64,000 nt of DNA, taken from sequence record NC_070958.1. One strand, given 5' to 3'. The position numbers and the translations under genes are program-made. The notes beneath the pieces are model-generated. The model made no database searches. It was not told where the DNA came from and saw only the letters and a program-made list of their open reading frames with translations. Positions within the stretch are counted from its first letter, which is position 1. Each line of letters begins with the position of its first letter. This document shows positions 38,362 to 47,586 of the stretch, one piece after another.

Positions 38362-39870
38362 ATGATCCGTCAATCAACCATTCTGGCGATGACTCCTATC
38401 GCTATGGAACTCTCCAACAAAAACCTCGATTTGTCTGATAAGGTTGGCGACATCATCAAAGGTCTGAACGATGTTTCTGTTGGCGCTGTCGCCATGACTG
38501 AAGACAACGTTGCCGTGAACCTTCCCGAAGCTGCTGATGATGGCGACCACTCCATGATCCAGGCCGAGGTCAACGCTCGACTCGCTGCGGTTATCCGCGC
38601 AAGTATGGGTGTGATCAGCAACTGTGTCAAACCGATCCTGAAGGACGCGGACCGTCTGATCTCCAACTGTATCGGTGAAGGTGGTGCTCTCGATGCAGCA
38701 CTCTCCCAGATCCGTATCGACATGACCAACATGGAACCGGCGTTCCTGGCTTCTGGGATGTGTCCCTCTGAAGTTCCCGCTTCTTTCGCCCAGAACCCCA
38801 CCATCAATGTGAACAACATTATCAAGGGTAACTGGCCGCGTATCGAAGACGCTCACGAAGTGTATAAGTTGATCGACGTTGACGTTGACGTTATCAACCC
38901 GTTCCTGACCGATCCGGACGAAATCAAGAAAGTCTATAACGACTTCTTCGCCGACAAGTACTACTGGACCATCTTCGAAAGCCGTGTTCGTGAAGGTGAC
39001 GTGGTGAACGTCCTGAACCCGCACCACTACAAGTTCAGTTCTTTCCGTTCGATGGTTATCCTGTCCCTGCTGGTCAACAAGTTCCGTTCCATGGACGATC
39101 CGTTCGATGGCGTAATGGGTGTCTCCCTGGAAGACTACCGTGCCAACCTGAACTTCCTCCGTGACCTGACCAACACAGTTCTGGCTCGTTTCCGCTTTGT
39201 ATGGTTGGATCGCGCCAAGGCTGGTCTGGTGATCATCGATGAAGACGTCAAGGTAGCTCCGGCTACTTTCGGACCGCTGGAAGGTATCGAGACTGTTCAA
39301 GGTACCATCCGGATTGGTTATAACAATTCCATGTTGGAAGTGTTCGCCAATAAGGAAGAAGAGTCCATCATCGACTACGCCCTGGGTTATGCTTACGCCA
39401 AGTACCGTGGTTACAAGGTACGTGATGTCATCACTGATGGCGACGTTGTCGTAAGTGCGTACAAGGAGTACATTCACGGTATCTCTGCCGCCATGACCGT
39501 TAACGCGGACAAGCAGGGTCGCGAAGCATTCCTGACAGCCTGCCGTAACTTCTCCACTGATGAGAAGAACAAGGGTTACCTGGAAGTCATCAAATCTGAT
39601 GTTCCTCTGAGCAATCGCATTGCGGTGGCTGTCAACTCCAGGATCAACCTGGAAGGTTTCTTCACTGAATACCTGGTGAACGGGATTGCTCGTGGCGAGC
39701 GTTCCACCATGGGCACTGCTCTGGCAGTGGAGTTGGCTGAGATCTTTGGTTCTCCCATCGCCGCCGAGATTCTGAAGAACAACATGGGTGGCACTCCTGC
39801 CTCCATCGAACAGCAGCGGAAAATCCTGACTGGTTCTATCGTTGCTGCAATCCTCAAGCGACTGGTGTAA
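38362..39870 (+). CDS. Probable virion head protein (phiKZ gp177 position)
   Basis: 502 aa, strong codon bias, located between the vRNAP and protease genes. Confidence 0.6.
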   Translation: MIRQSTILAMTPIAMELSNKNLDLSDKVGDIIKGLNDVSVGAVAMTEDNVAVNLPEAADDGDHSMIQAEVNARLAAVIRASMGVISNCVKPILKDADRLISNCIGEGGALDAALSQIRIDMTNMEPAFLASGMCPSEVPASFAQNPTINVNNIIKGNWPRIEDAHEVYKLIDVDVDVINPFLTDPDEIKKVYNDFFADKYYWTIFESRVREGDVVNVLNPHHYKFSSFRSMVILSLLVNKFRSMDDPFDGVMGVSLEDYRANLNFLRDLTNTVLARFRFVWLDRAKAGLVIIDEDVKVAPATFGPLEGIETVQGTIRIGYNNSMLEVFANKEEESIIDYALGYAYAKYRGYKVRDVITDGDVVVSAYKEYIHGISAAMTVNADKQGREAFLTACRNFSTDEKNKGYLEVIKSDVPLSNRIAVAVNSRINLEGFFTEYLVNGIARGERSTMGTALAVELAEIFGSPIAAEILKNNMGGTPASIEQQRKILTGSIVAAILKRLV

Positions 39871-39873
39871 TAC

Positions 39874-40623
39874 GTGATCGATATCACTACTCTTAAACAT
39901 GATCGAGGACTGCCTAGCGCAGTCCTCAAACTCATGCCTGATGGCTCCGCTGTCGCTACCAAGCGATTGAAGTGTTGTATACCCAAGAACTGGGAGCGGA
40001 GTAATCTTGCTGAGATCGCTGACGTTGTAACGACTATTCTGATGGTGGGTTTGATCTGTGACGGTAAGTATGCAATGCTGGGTGGAATGACTCGCATTGT
40101 TATGAAGCCGGGTGAGATCGATGAAATCTCTATCGGTGGTACTCGGTACTACATCTTTGATTTCGAGCCGGGTGAAGTGGTTATCGAGAACATGACCATT
40201 CCTCAGGACAGCAACATCGGATATTACTACTACCTCGAGTTCACCAAATATGCTCGACTACCGTGGTATTGTTCCGAGGCCAGTTTGCTCGCCGTTTACG
40301 ACGCAGCAAAGTTCTACACTGGCAAAGGGTTTGGGACCAGTAACCAATGCATCCGGGTTTTGTACGCGCTTGTAATGCGTGATCCCAACAACCTGGATTT
40401 GCCATTCCGTTACTCCCCTGATTTAAACAAAGGTGGGAAACCGAAAATCATCGGTATCAACAACCCGGGTCAACTGCTCAACAGTACCTTCTCTCGTCTC
40501 TCGTCTGGTTATATGGCTGATAACATCATCGGTGGTATCCTCAACCCTGATACGAAGGTTACTGAGCTTGAAGAAGTAATCCGTGGTCTTCCTGCCGAAC
40601 TGAGAGACAATAGCAATGTCTGA
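39874..40623 (+). CDS. phiKZ gp176 / SPN3US gp244-like protein, putative additional vRNAP subunit
   Basis: 249 aa, GTG start, immediately upstream of the prohead protease; PWY and FRY patterns recalled for this family. Confidence 0.6.
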   Translation: MIDITTLKHDRGLPSAVLKLMPDGSAVATKRLKCCIPKNWERSNLAEIADVVTTILMVGLICDGKYAMLGGMTRIVMKPGEIDEISIGGTRYYIFDFEPGEVVIENMTIPQDSNIGYYYYLEFTKYARLPWYCSEASLLAVYDAAKFYTGKGFGTSNQCIRVLYALVMRDPNNLDLPFRYSPDLNKGGKPKIIGINNPGQLLNSTFSRLSSGYMADNIIGGILNPDTKVTELEEVIRGLPAELRDNSNV

Positions 40624-41461
40624 AATTAGTTTCGGGAATATCATCCTGGCTAACAGCGGTAAACAGGGCATACTGAAACCCGACGCTACCGGTCGTTATC
40701 TGTTGAATGCTGGCGGGTTCAATATCGCCAATGCTAGCGGGATTAACTATCCCGCTAACCAATACATCGTCTCCCAGATGGACAAGAACTCCGACCTGAT
40801 GCGTCGTGTCAGTCAGGGTTATTGCAAGATGGAAGTTGAACATCCGGAACCTTTCGTTTATGTGGAAGAGAACGGTGTTCGCTACAAGAAAGCAATGACT
40901 TCCATTCTGGAGTGGATCAACCGGCTCCGTAGCTACGATCCTGATCGTATTTGCGGGCTCATCAGTGAGATCTCCTTCCGTCCCACAGATCCCAACGATC
41001 TGACCAAGCCGATCTACAACATGATCTACTGTGAACCCTTCGGTCCCCGTGGACCTGAGTTCAAAGAGTCGCTGAACAACCCCCGTCACAACACGGCCGT
41101 TTCCATCCGTACTCAGGTTTCTCCTTTCCGTCCTGGTGACAACAAGAAAGAAGTTGAGTACTGGGTTGGTTATGACTGGGTCGGTGAACCTGGTATGGTT
41201 CATGCCAACAAGCACATGACCGCTGGTTGTGAATCGCTGATCCTCAATCTGAACGACAACGTACAGAAGTTCAAAGTCGCTGACGTTCTGGATGCAATGG
41301 AAGAGATGTTCACCGATGCCAGCGCTAATGCTGAAGCTCTGGAGCGGGTTGGTGGTATGGAGTCTCTCAATGCCATGCGTGAAATGCACAACCGTCTGAA
41401 ACAGAATTACCGCACAGGCGAAACTGTTCGGATGGGCGCCAGCTTTGCCGATATCTTCTAA
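40616..41461 (+). CDS. Prohead (head maturation) serine protease, phiKZ gp175-like
   Basis: MEVEHP (His), AVSIRT (Ser), YDWVGEPG (Asp); C-terminal AGCE and GGME self-cleavage-type motifs. Confidence 0.88.
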   Translation: MSEISFGNIILANSGKQGILKPDATGRYLLNAGGFNIANASGINYPANQYIVSQMDKNSDLMRRVSQGYCKMEVEHPEPFVYVEENGVRYKKAMTSILEWINRLRSYDPDRICGLISEISFRPTDPNDLTKPIYNMIYCEPFGPRGPEFKESLNNPRHNTAVSIRTQVSPFRPGDNKKEVEYWVGYDWVGEPGMVHANKHMTAGCESLILNLNDNVQKFKVADVLDAMEEMFTDASANAEALERVGGMESLNAMREMHNRLKQNYRTGETVRMGASFADIF

Positions 41462-41471
41462 TACCTAAATT

Positions 41472-41501
41472 GAGTAACCAGGGCTTCGGTCCTGGTTACT
41501 C
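41472..41501 (+). terminator. Intrinsic terminator
   Basis: GAGTAACCAGGGC-TTCG-GTCCTGGTTACTC then TTTT. Confidence 0.9.
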
Positions 41502-41564
41502 TTTTCTTTTGTACTCAACTGTTATTATATTGTTAAGCAATCGTCATCAACCAAGGAAATAGAA

Positions 41565-42137
41565 ATGAACTTTGACCACCTTCGCATTTACACGCAACTC
41601 CGCGCACTGATCCAAACTGCGTACACTATCAAGAACACCCGTACCGCTATGGTCTCCACTTGGGATGAACTCAAGGACGCCGAAGGTAAGGAAATCATCG
41701 TGGAGCAGTACATGACCAGGGCGAAAGCTCAGTTGGTTCAGATGTACGCACGTCGTCTGATGAAGTACATGGAAAGTATCGCCAACCTGGACGTCATCCC
41801 GATGACTACCGAAGATGTTAAAATCGGTAATTGGCGTGTGGACTCCATCATCATCCAACTCGCCAGTAACGAGATCAAAGATCACGACCACATGTTCCAG
41901 CTGATGATGACCAACATCTATGGTGTCACGACCAAGATGTTCGATTTCATCGACTCTGGTTTCAAACTGGAGAAATTGCTGGACCTCATGTCTAAGCAAT
42001 ACCTCTCCAGCTTCGAAGATCTCAATGACGAGTCCTTTGAAGTAACTGAGGAATGGGCTGAAGATCTCATCAAGGCGTTCATCAACGGTGAGCTCCAGGA
42101 TCCTGGTTTCAAGTTGCTTTCTTTGACTAAGAAGTAA
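41565..42137 (+). CDS. Hypothetical protein
   Basis: 190 aa, RBS AAGGA. Confidence 0.8.
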   Translation: MNFDHLRIYTQLRALIQTAYTIKNTRTAMVSTWDELKDAEGKEIIVEQYMTRAKAQLVQMYARRLMKYMESIANLDVIPMTTEDVKIGNWRVDSIIIQLASNEIKDHDHMFQLMMTNIYGVTTKMFDFIDSGFKLEKLLDLMSKQYLSSFEDLNDESFEVTEEWAEDLIKAFINGELQDPGFKLLSLTKK

Positions 42138-42146
42138 TAACCACTC

Positions 42147-42179
42147 TAGAACTAGGAACCCACTGGGTTCCTAGTTCTA
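42147..42179 (+). terminator. Intrinsic terminator (CTAG arms)
   Basis: TAGAACTAGGAACCC-ACT-GGGTTCCTAGTTCTA then TTTT. Confidence 0.9.
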
Positions 42180-42197
42180 TTTTATTTGGTCTATTTA

Positions 42198-42222
42198 TTT
42201 TCGGATATACATTATTAACATG
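42198..42222 (+). promoter_or_regulatory. Putative early promoter, copy 3
   Basis: TTTTCGGATATACATTATTAACATG. Confidence 0.7.
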
Positions 42223-42291
42223 AGCATAGAGCATTGAACAACCGCGGACCACTTCCGGTAAAACTCTTGTCTCTTTTAAAGGAGAAACAAT

Positions 42292-43350
42292 ATGTTTAAC
42301 GACTACTACGGATTTCGCACTTCCATTAATGGTGGTGTGACATTCACCATCACCCCGCTAGGGGATAGACAGTATCTGGAATTCCATCTTCGGGATTTGG
42401 ATACTGGTGAAATGAAAGTATCCAGGATGAACCTCACCGCCGAGTCCGGTGGGACACTTTGTTCACTCCTGCTTCGGATGATGACCCATATGGAAAGTGG
42501 GGGTGGAAAGAAGACCTTCAAGTGGGATGGTTCTATTCCATTGGTGTTTGTTTACGAAGTAGGTGTTGGAATACGGATCTGTGCAGATGGGAAACATTAT
42601 GTGTTCCTGTCTGGTAACAAGAACTTGTTGCTGCGTGGATTGGAAACAATCGGTGAGATGACGGAAGCGTGTGTCAAGAAAGACTATGACTACGCCCAGC
42701 ATATCGCCTATTGCTACAGGCTACTCCCGAACTATGTGGATCAGGTATTCGAACAACAAGAATCCCGGGTCCGGATGGTTCACAATACCAGGTTCGGTTT
42801 CGACATCTGTCACGAAGACAAGCAAGGTAGCTTCCGGCTTTCCTTTGGTGGGAAACGTCTTGATGTTATCGATATCCACGAAATGATAGTTGCAATCATC
42901 AAGTTAACCTGTAGCGTTAACGATGGTAAAACAATCAACATCGGAAAGTACATCTTTACCAACCTCGATACAGAGAGCGGGGATCGTTACATTGGAATTT
43001 TCCGTAATGCGATTCACGTTTCTTGTCGTGCCAAGATGTTACTGGTGGGCACTGGAGAACTGGAAGCTATTGTCCAATCTCTGGGTAACATCATTTTCAT
43101 GGAGACGACACGTCGTGGAAGTGATAGTAAAGAACTGGCTCGTTTCACCAGAGCAGAGAGCGAAAACCTGAAGAAGAACGTACAGCGACTGTGCGAGCTT
43201 TACAGCGATCGTCACAAATGGACGGACCAAGTTTACACCTGGTTGAGAGAATGCACTACAATGAGCTTACAAGAGCTCTCAGTGGAGTACGGTGGGGTAC
43301 AGATCAATCGTAATAGACTGCTCCGTAACAAACCGCTACTCAACAAGTAA
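42292..43350 (+). CDS. Hypothetical early protein with repeated beta-strand/helix modules
   Basis: 352 aa, RBS AAGGAG. Confidence 0.8.
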   Translation: MFNDYYGFRTSINGGVTFTITPLGDRQYLEFHLRDLDTGEMKVSRMNLTAESGGTLCSLLLRMMTHMESGGGKKTFKWDGSIPLVFVYEVGVGIRICADGKHYVFLSGNKNLLLRGLETIGEMTEACVKKDYDYAQHIAYCYRLLPNYVDQVFEQQESRVRMVHNTRFGFDICHEDKQGSFRLSFGGKRLDVIDIHEMIVAIIKLTCSVNDGKTINIGKYIFTNLDTESGDRYIGIFRNAIHVSCRAKMLLVGTGELEAIVQSLGNIIFMETTRRGSDSKELARFTRAESENLKKNVQRLCELYSDRHKWTDQVYTWLRECTTMSLQELSVEYGGVQINRNRLLRNKPLLNK

Positions 43351-43466
43351 TTTCCTACTCATGTAGGGATGAGGTGGAGGAACAATTCCGTTCCTCCTTT
43401 TTCGCAGTGCTACCCCGTAAAACGGATGACTGCATTATTGCCATGGCTAAACGCCTAGGAGTAATT
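43351..43466 (+). promoter_or_regulatory. Structured intergenic element of three hairpins, including terminator-like GGAGGAAC-AATTCC-GTTCCTCC-TTTTT
   Basis: Hairpins at 43353-43368, 43376-43397 and 43404-43433. Confidence 0.6.
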
Positions 43467-44450
43467 ATGAACGTTATGAAAATGATTCACGCACCGCTTG
43501 ACAATCTCGGTGAGTACCACGTCGGGATGTTCCCCGAAGATCCTGAACGAGTCTACTTGATGGACTTAAACTTCCACGAACACAATTCCATGGTGATCCA
43601 TCGCTACACCAAACACGAAATGGGTGAACTCTCAAAGATATTCAAGAGTGTTCTTACCTCCATGCAATTTGCAAGGAATGCGACCATCAAGTTCGATATT
43701 GCTGAATACGGCGTATCGGTCATCAAAGGGGCGAGTATCGAGATCCGTAATCTCGAACACGTTCATCGCCCTAATCTGACAATGAGATTCTGGGGACGGG
43801 CGAGTGATAAAGACCCTAGCGGTGAACTCGATTGGTTCTCCCAGACTGAGCGTGCACTACTGGTCCTTTCTGAAATCTTCGGAGCAATGCACGAGCTTAA
43901 CGAACCAGGTAAGAAAGGAAAACTCTCGACAGTGATGCGGTTGTTTAAGAAGCATTCGTCAGAACATGAACTATCGGAAAAGCAGTTTGTCGATTTCATC
44001 GGCGCTACCAGACCGGATAGACGCGAACTGATAAACGACATCATCATGATCGGGCACTCGCTGAGCGATGGTCCTGTTCACCATTCCGGGTTAACGTTTG
44101 CAAGTACCGCTGACCACTATCATCTTGCACTGGATAAAGGAGAGCACCTCCCTGCATTGATAAATAGTTTCAGCAAAGTAGTCCGGGGTGAAGATGCCGT
44201 GGATCACTTCACGGAATACAACGGGGAATACCCCTGGATGTCCCATAGCTTTATGGGTTATTCTGCAAAGAAAGGGATGCCCGCCTGGAGAGACCGAACT
44301 GTCGTTATGGGGTATAACACCTACATGAAGACAGGACGGTTCAGTACTTTGACGAGTGTAGATGTACTTGAGTATATTGTTCAAGTACTTATCGAGATTG
44401 AGGAACGAGTGAAACGACTAGTCGAACTCTATCCTCCTAAGACCAAGTAG
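43467..44450 (+). CDS. Hypothetical protein
   Basis: ATG at 43467 with RBS AGGAG is preferred to the GTG at 43374, which lies in a hairpin region. Confidence 0.75.
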   Translation: MNVMKMIHAPLDNLGEYHVGMFPEDPERVYLMDLNFHEHNSMVIHRYTKHEMGELSKIFKSVLTSMQFARNATIKFDIAEYGVSVIKGASIEIRNLEHVHRPNLTMRFWGRASDKDPSGELDWFSQTERALLVLSEIFGAMHELNEPGKKGKLSTVMRLFKKHSSEHELSEKQFVDFIGATRPDRRELINDIIMIGHSLSDGPVHHSGLTFASTADHYHLALDKGEHLPALINSFSKVVRGEDAVDHFTEYNGEYPWMSHSFMGYSAKKGMPAWRDRTVVMGYNTYMKTGRFSTLTSVDVLEYIVQVLIEIEERVKRLVELYPPKTK

Positions 44451-44456
44451 TGTGGC

Positions 44457-44482
44457 AGGGTGGAGACTTCGGTCTCCACCCT
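44457..44482 (+). terminator. Intrinsic terminator
   Basis: AGGGTGGAGAC-TTCG-GTCTCCACCCT. Confidence 0.85.
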
Positions 44483-44513
44483 ATAAACCTTTATTATTTC
44501 TTTGCTCTATATC

Positions 44514-44538
44514 TTTTCAAATCGATATTATTAAGGTG
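44514..44538 (+). promoter_or_regulatory. Putative early promoter, copy 4
   Basis: TTTTCAAATCGATATTATTAAGGTG. Confidence 0.82.
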
Positions 44539-44592
44539 TATGCAAGGCCATATAAATTAACTAATCTTCAACAATGACTAGAGGAAATACCC

Positions 44593-45564
44593 ATGAATGA
44601 TTTCATCGCTGCTCGTTTCGGACATAACGTTTTCATCGGCTTCGATCTGGAGACACCTGATTGCTTGGATGTGATCAGTGCTTCCGGTGAACGCATGGAA
44701 GTGCTGGCGATCAGCCATTACCGTCAGGATGCTCGCGGAATGTTCCGTGATCGTCGTTACGCACTGGTCCGTGCTATTGAAGGGATGTTGATCCATCTCT
44801 CCGTTCTCCCCAACGAGAAACACATCAAAGCGTTTGACTTCCTGGAACTGTCCTACATTCCAGGGGAAGGCTGCATGCTTCGTTACGACCGTCAGCGTGT
44901 ATACCTGATGCGTTGCCCGCGACACATCAAAGCTCAGGAATTCAATGTCCCTGGCTTGGTCGTCGTCCTGACTCGTTTGATGAACTTGATCAAGGCCAAC
45001 ATCGAGTACTGTGACAATGACCTGAATGAAAAGGAAGCGCGTCTCAAGTACAAAGAGAATGACTACCTGATCAACACCCATCTTTACGAAGTGACCCGGA
45101 TGGCAAGCCCTACTGGTAACTTCAATCGCAGTTATCAACGTTACTGGGCTTTGGCAGTCCGGATGTTCCAAGGTACCCAGGGAACTCCTACTGATCCGGC
45201 ACAACCGTATGCTTACGCCAAGGTACGGTTCTACAGTCCGCGTGGTTTCATGATCTATCAGACTGGTGCTGGTGTTGGTTGCAAAGAACGAGATGCGAAA
45301 CTGTTTGACGCTCTCGATCGTTGCCGCCTGGGTGATCATCTCCAAGTGGTGTACACTACCCAACGTGGTGCGATGACACTTTCAACTACTCCGGATTGCG
45401 AACCGGATGGTTATGGTGAAATCAATATGCACCTGGTCAGTGGTCCTGCCGGTAGTTCGTTGACCATCCCGTATGAAACAGACGCGATCGTGTTCATTAA
45501 GAACTCCATCGCTGCGGCGAGTCGTGAAGCAACTGAAGCAGTCCGTGCACTGCGTTCGGCATAA
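44593..45564 (+). CDS. Hypothetical early protein with repeated beta-strand/helix modules
   Basis: 323 aa, RBS GAGGA. Confidence 0.8.
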   Translation: MNDFIAARFGHNVFIGFDLETPDCLDVISASGERMEVLAISHYRQDARGMFRDRRYALVRAIEGMLIHLSVLPNEKHIKAFDFLELSYIPGEGCMLRYDRQRVYLMRCPRHIKAQEFNVPGLVVVLTRLMNLIKANIEYCDNDLNEKEARLKYKENDYLINTHLYEVTRMASPTGNFNRSYQRYWALAVRMFQGTQGTPTDPAQPYAYAKVRFYSPRGFMIYQTGAGVGCKERDAKLFDALDRCRLGDHLQVVYTTQRGAMTLSTTPDCEPDGYGEINMHLVSGPAGSSLTIPYETDAIVFIKNSIAAASREATEAVRALRSA

Positions 45565-45581
45565 TCTAAGAGGAAGCTAAC

Positions 45582-45920
45582 ATGTCAGTAGAAAGCATTA
45601 AGGAACGTGTTAAGAATTTCGTTAACATGTCCGGTATCGATGTGAACTTCAATGGTCGCATCATTACACCCAAGGCCAGGTTCCGTAAAGACAGGATGAA
45701 AGCCACCCAGGAAACCGCTCGTCACTATCGTGAGATCAGGATTTCTGATGACGTACTGGACAACCTCGGAATCGAGAAAACGGATGGCAAGAACATCCCG
45801 ACCATCGCCGAGTGTTTTGAGATGCTTCCTCCTCACTTCAAGCGGAAGGACAGCATCGTCAAGTACATGGAATCCCGCCGCACCGAATTTGACAACCGAC
45901 TGAAGGAGTTCTTGCAATGA
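45582..45920 (+). CDS. Hypothetical basic protein
   Basis: 112 aa, RBS GAGGA. Confidence 0.75.
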   Translation: MSVESIKERVKNFVNMSGIDVNFNGRIITPKARFRKDRMKATQETARHYREIRISDDVLDNLGIEKTDGKNIPTIAECFEMLPPHFKRKDSIVKYMESRRTEFDNRLKEFLQ

Positions 45921-46063
45921 CTGATGATAATCTTCCTCGGTACATCCCTTTGGACTATATAGGGAAAATCAGGAGTCGAGTCAAAAAGCACGACGCGGCA
46001 AGACTCAAAGCGATGTACGAACGTGCACGCAATGTCGTCAAGAACAATACCCAGTCTAAATGA
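45917..46063 (+). CDS. Small 48-aa basic protein missing from the ORF track (MTDDNLPRYI...NTQSK)
   Basis: ATGA overlap with the upstream gene, AAGGAG RBS upstream. Confidence 0.65.
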   Translation: MTDDNLPRYIPLDYIGKIRSRVKKHDAARLKAMYERARNVVKNNTQSK

Positions 46064-46139
46064 CTGGGTTATCGAGTTGCGAGTATTCAGGTGGTATTAT
46101 CCTGAGCTCGCAATCATGATGGACAATTCCGTTCATCAT
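46049..46139 (+). promoter_or_regulatory. Structured intergenic element of three tandem hairpins
   Basis: Stems at 46049-46069, 46077-46113 and 46116-46139 (loop AATTCC), ending just before RBS AAGAGG. Confidence 0.6.
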
Positions 46140-46158
46140 AATCTAAGAGGAAAGTAAG

Positions 46159-47073
46159 ATGTCCTGTAAACTGCTGAGTATTAATGTTCACCCGACCTTG
46201 TCCATGGTTATCACTGAGGATAAAAGTTCTCATTTGCGTTTCCTTGGTCACACCAGTGAAAAGATGGCGCTGACAACCACACCCATCAAGTTGGCTGGGG
46301 AGTTGATCGAAATCACTGATTTGTGGCGGGCGAGTGAATCAACATCCGGGATCGCGACCACACGCTTTAAGGTGATCAAGTCCTGCCTGGTCTATTACCC
46401 ATTTGGCGGTAACGCAATAACGCTGATGAAAGCCGAGAACCGCGAAGAAGGTATTCGGAAATTGGAACGGCTCATCCAAATATTCAAGCAATTCACCGAC
46501 TACATTGCTGACGTTATTGACTTCGAAACAGCGACTAAACAGTTGCGTGAATTAGAAGATAAAACGATGGATGGATTGGTCTTCATCTATGGTGGTAAAA
46601 CTTCGCAAGGTGGTAAACGTTTCTTCGAGAAGACCGAGTTCTTGGTCGGACGGTTGGTTGTAAGAACCACTTCTTTGGTTACCACTGAACTGGGTGAACG
46701 TAAAGAAGTTCCCGTTGGACTCCAACTGGTTTTCACTGGGACAACAGGTAGCGCTATATTTGCTGTCCTGGACAACCCTATCAACAATGACAAGTACGAG
46801 GCGATCATGAGGATGACCAAACCTCATCCCGATTGCGTTCCTCGTATTTTTCATACTGCTGGATCTACTGCACACGTTAGTAGTGGACACGGTCAGAATT
46901 TACCTGACGGATTCCCCGTCGGGATTACGTTCACCTATGTATCACCGGTGACCGCTAGACAACTCACTCTCTATCGGGATGCCGATGGAATGGTCGAGTT
47001 CTTCGAGAAGACCTATCATGATGCAATGCTTCACGGTCATCTCAACCCTATCAACAACGAAAGTAAGGAGTAA
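46159..47073 (+). CDS. Hypothetical protein with internal repeats
   Basis: 304 aa; PVG(L/I)x(L/F)x(F/Y) and NPINN each occur twice. Confidence 0.8.
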   Translation: MSCKLLSINVHPTLSMVITEDKSSHLRFLGHTSEKMALTTTPIKLAGELIEITDLWRASESTSGIATTRFKVIKSCLVYYPFGGNAITLMKAENREEGIRKLERLIQIFKQFTDYIADVIDFETATKQLRELEDKTMDGLVFIYGGKTSQGGKRFFEKTEFLVGRLVVRTTSLVTTELGERKEVPVGLQLVFTGTTGSAIFAVLDNPINNDKYEAIMRMTKPHPDCVPRIFHTAGSTAHVSSGHGQNLPDGFPVGITFTYVSPVTARQLTLYRDADGMVEFFEKTYHDAMLHGHLNPINNESKE

Positions 47074-47076
47074 ATA

Positions 47077-47442
47077 ATGGGCGGTGTAAACCCTCTGTTC
47101 GCAGCACTGTTGGAACTGATCGGCATCGATGTCTATGACACCGACAACTATCAAATCGGTCGCACTCGTTCCGGTAACTTCACCGACAACGGTAACAAGA
47201 TCGAGTACGCAATCCGGACCATTCGTCTGGGTGGTTCACTCTGGGTCACCGGCACCCTGGGTAGTGACGTAGTTGAACTGCGTGTCGTAGAACCTGGCGT
47301 AGCTGCGTTCAGTATCGGTCTTCCCAACAAGAACGATGCTGAGACTACCAGCAAGATCGAGTTCAACATCTCCTTCACCTGCGAAGAAGATCTCCGTACC
47401 GCCTGGCGTCGTGTTGAAGGTCTCTTCAGCTACGCCGGTTAA
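47077..47442 (+). CDS. Hypothetical protein
   Basis: 121 aa, RBS AAGGAG, strong codon bias. Confidence 0.8.
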   Translation: MGGVNPLFAALLELIGIDVYDTDNYQIGRTRSGNFTDNGNKIEYAIRTIRLGGSLWVTGTLGSDVVELRVVEPGVAAFSIGLPNKNDAETTSKIEFNISFTCEEDLRTAWRRVEGLFSYAG

Positions 47443-47449
47443 ATCGTCA

Positions 47450-47472
47450 AGGAGGGAAATAAATTCCCTCCT
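47450..47472 (+). terminator. Terminator-like hairpin
   Basis: AGGAGGGAA-ATAAA-TTCCCTCCT. Confidence 0.7.
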
Positions 47473-47477
47473 ATAAT

Positions 47478-47502
47478 CTTTCACACCTATATTACTTAGG
47501 TG
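47478..47502 (+). promoter_or_regulatory. Putative early promoter, copy 5
   Basis: CTTTCACACCTATATTACTTAGGTG. Confidence 0.8.
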
Positions 47503-47586
47503 CTGGTACGAATAGTAAAGCTTTACGCTTCGTGCTATAACTTGTTAACCAATTGTTTCATTCCATAACTAAGGGAAATCTGAAAA

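Noticed and set aside
41511-41535. Eighth copy of the early promoter before 41565 (ACTCAACTGTTATTATATTGTT)
   Set aside because: Spacing is shifted by one base and the GTG end is missing; at best a weak variant
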